Part shown: in pieces, positions 63,032 to 64,000 of the stretch | How positions within the stretch are numbered: position 1 is the first letter of the stretch | Layout of the letters: every line of letters starts with the position of its first letter | Assembly (NCBI GenBank): GCA_049511615.1 | Contig: JBEKXW010000001.1 | Span: forward strand, 47,517 to 111,516 | From: Candidatus Dormibacteria bacterium | Lineage (GTDB): Bacteria; Chloroflexota; Dormibacteria; Aeolococcales; Aeolococcaceae | Length of the DNA: 64,000 bases | Direction of reading: 5' to 3' | Position numbers and translations under genes: made by a program | The notes under the pieces: model-generated | Told to the model about the DNA's origin: nothing | What the model saw: only the letters and a program-made list of their open reading frames with translations | The model's database searches: none

Positions 63032-64000
63032 GGTCAGGGCGGGCCCGGATCCGGTCACCGCCCAGGTCGCCCTTCTCGCCCTCGCCGGCGGCGGTCGCGA
63101 GGAGCTGCACCACCAGATCCTGGGCGCGCTCGCCGCGGGAAGCGGCGCCAATGTCGTCGCCCTGCTCGCGCTGAGGCCGTCCGACCGTGGGATCTCGGTG
63201 GTCGCCCAGATCGGCCTGAGCCCTCTCCCCGAGGGCCTGGTCCCCACCGAGGCCGACCTGAAGCTGGTCGATGCGGAGGCCAGCGTCCTCCGGCCGAGTG
63301 CGGGCCCGCGGGCGGGCGCGATCGCCGTCCTGCTCCACCAGAACGGCCAGCGGGCGGCCATCGCCGCCGGTCTCGCACCTCATGGCATCAGCCAGCTCCT
63401 GGTCGCCGCCCGGGCCCGGGGACCGTTCGGCACCGACGCGCGGACGGCCGTGGCCGGCGTCGCCGGAGTGCTCGCCGCGGTGGAGCGGAGACATTGGGCC
63501 TCCGAGCTCGCCGATCGCCGGCTGCGCGAGCAGGCGGCTGTCGCCGCGCTCGGTCGAGGCGCGCTGGTCGGCGGCGAGGAGCTGGTGGAGCTGGCCCAGG
63601 CCAGCTGCGAGGCGGTCGCGGCCAACCTGACCGCGGACATCGTCGCCGTGCTGGAGCGGGGCCCCGACGGCGCCGTCCCCACGGCCGGGATCGGCTGCCC
63701 TGCCGAGGCCCTGAGCCAGGAGCTGGCCTGGGTGGAGGCGCTCTGCTCCAGGGTGGCGCACAGTGGTGAGCCGCTCGTCATCCCCGACATCAGGGAGGAG
63801 CCGGACCTCACCCGAGGCGCACACGACCCGCCCACCGCCCGCAGCGTGCTGATCGTGCCCATCCGCACCGGCCTCCGGGTGGCGGGCTTCCTGCTGGCCG
63901 CGTCGCGCCAGCCGGCCGCGTACTCGGAGGAGGACGTGACCTTCGTCCGCGGCCTCGCCAACGTGGTCGCTCTGGTGGGCGACCGCGCCCGGGTGCAGGC
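63018..64000 (+). CDS. GAF-domain-containing protein, N-terminal part (runs off 3' edge; not in ORF track because no stop in window)
   Basis: Open frame from ATG 63018 to the window end. Its last ~80 aa show a classical GAF core (GEPLVIPDIREEPDLTRG...SVLIVPIRTGLRVAGFLLAASRQPAAYSEEDVTFVRGLANVVALV). Confidence 0.5.
   Translation, partial: MSPRRVRAGPDPVTAQVALLALAGGGREELHHQILGALAAGSGANVVALLALRPSDRGISVVAQIGLSPLPEGLVPTEADLKLVDAEASVLRPSAGPRAGAIAVLLHQNGQRAAIAAGLAPHGISQLLVAARARGPFGTDARTAVAGVAGVLAAVERRHWASELADRRLREQAAVAALGRGALVGGEELVELAQASCEAVAANLTADIVAVLERGPDGAVPTAGIGCPAEALSQELAWVEALCSRVAHSGEPLVIPDIREEPDLTRGAHDPPTARSVLIVPIRTGLRVAGFLLAASRQPAAYSEEDVTFVRGLANVVALVGDRARVQ

Noticed and set aside
1-64000. 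tRNA, rRNA or riboswitch genes
   Set aside because: No tRNA hallmark strings (GGTTCGAATCC or GTAGCTCAGTTGG-type T- and D-loops) were seen. No lower-GC structured-RNA islands were seen either. Intergenic spacers are short except 60108-60483, which lacks recognisable riboswitch cores.

Overview
High-GC (~72%) actinobacterial-type chromosomal window, densely coded on both strands. Most long opposite-strand ORFs in the track are GC-bias artefacts. The track translates GTG and TTG starts as M.

Main content:
- **Start of window:** rsmG 3' end, an MDR oxidoreductase, and a split menaquinone cluster. menE–ubiE/menG–menF–murE-like runs on the minus strand, divergent from menB–menA–[AAA ATPase, DUF4143 type]–menC–menD on the plus strand.
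- **Regulators and efflux:** an EspR-like regulator divergent from a rhodanese–ThiF E1-like enzyme; three DHA2-type MFS pumps, one in a MarR–MFS operon; a Fur-family regulator.
- **Replication region:** rplI–dnaB, with a full intein carrying a LAGLIDADG homing endonuclease inside dnaB.
- **Other conserved pairs:** a CCA-adding enzyme; an LprG-like lipoprotein/P55-like MFS pair; PhoU with a PHS-family phosphate transporter and an atypical OmpR-type regulator; an orphan WXG100 gene pair.
- **Signalling:** several two-component proteins, including two HisKA_3/NarL sets and two kinases with no adjacent regulator.

Most unusual:
- A tightly overlapping five-gene operon at 49.3–53.1 kb: secreted beta-propeller, orphan sensor kinase, unknown 353-aa protein, a tandem-repeat protein ending in a (CXX)9 cysteine ladder, and DUF2277.
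- A lipoprotein gene whose only plausible start is ATC behind a strong SD.
- A fusion of a peptidase S51/cyanophycinase-like domain to the CysRS C-terminal domain.
- Five ~22-bp tandem repeats before a membrane-protein gene.
- Paired 43-bp hairpin-containing direct repeats at 48.0–48.15 kb.
- A stand-alone ATPase translationally wired into the men operon.
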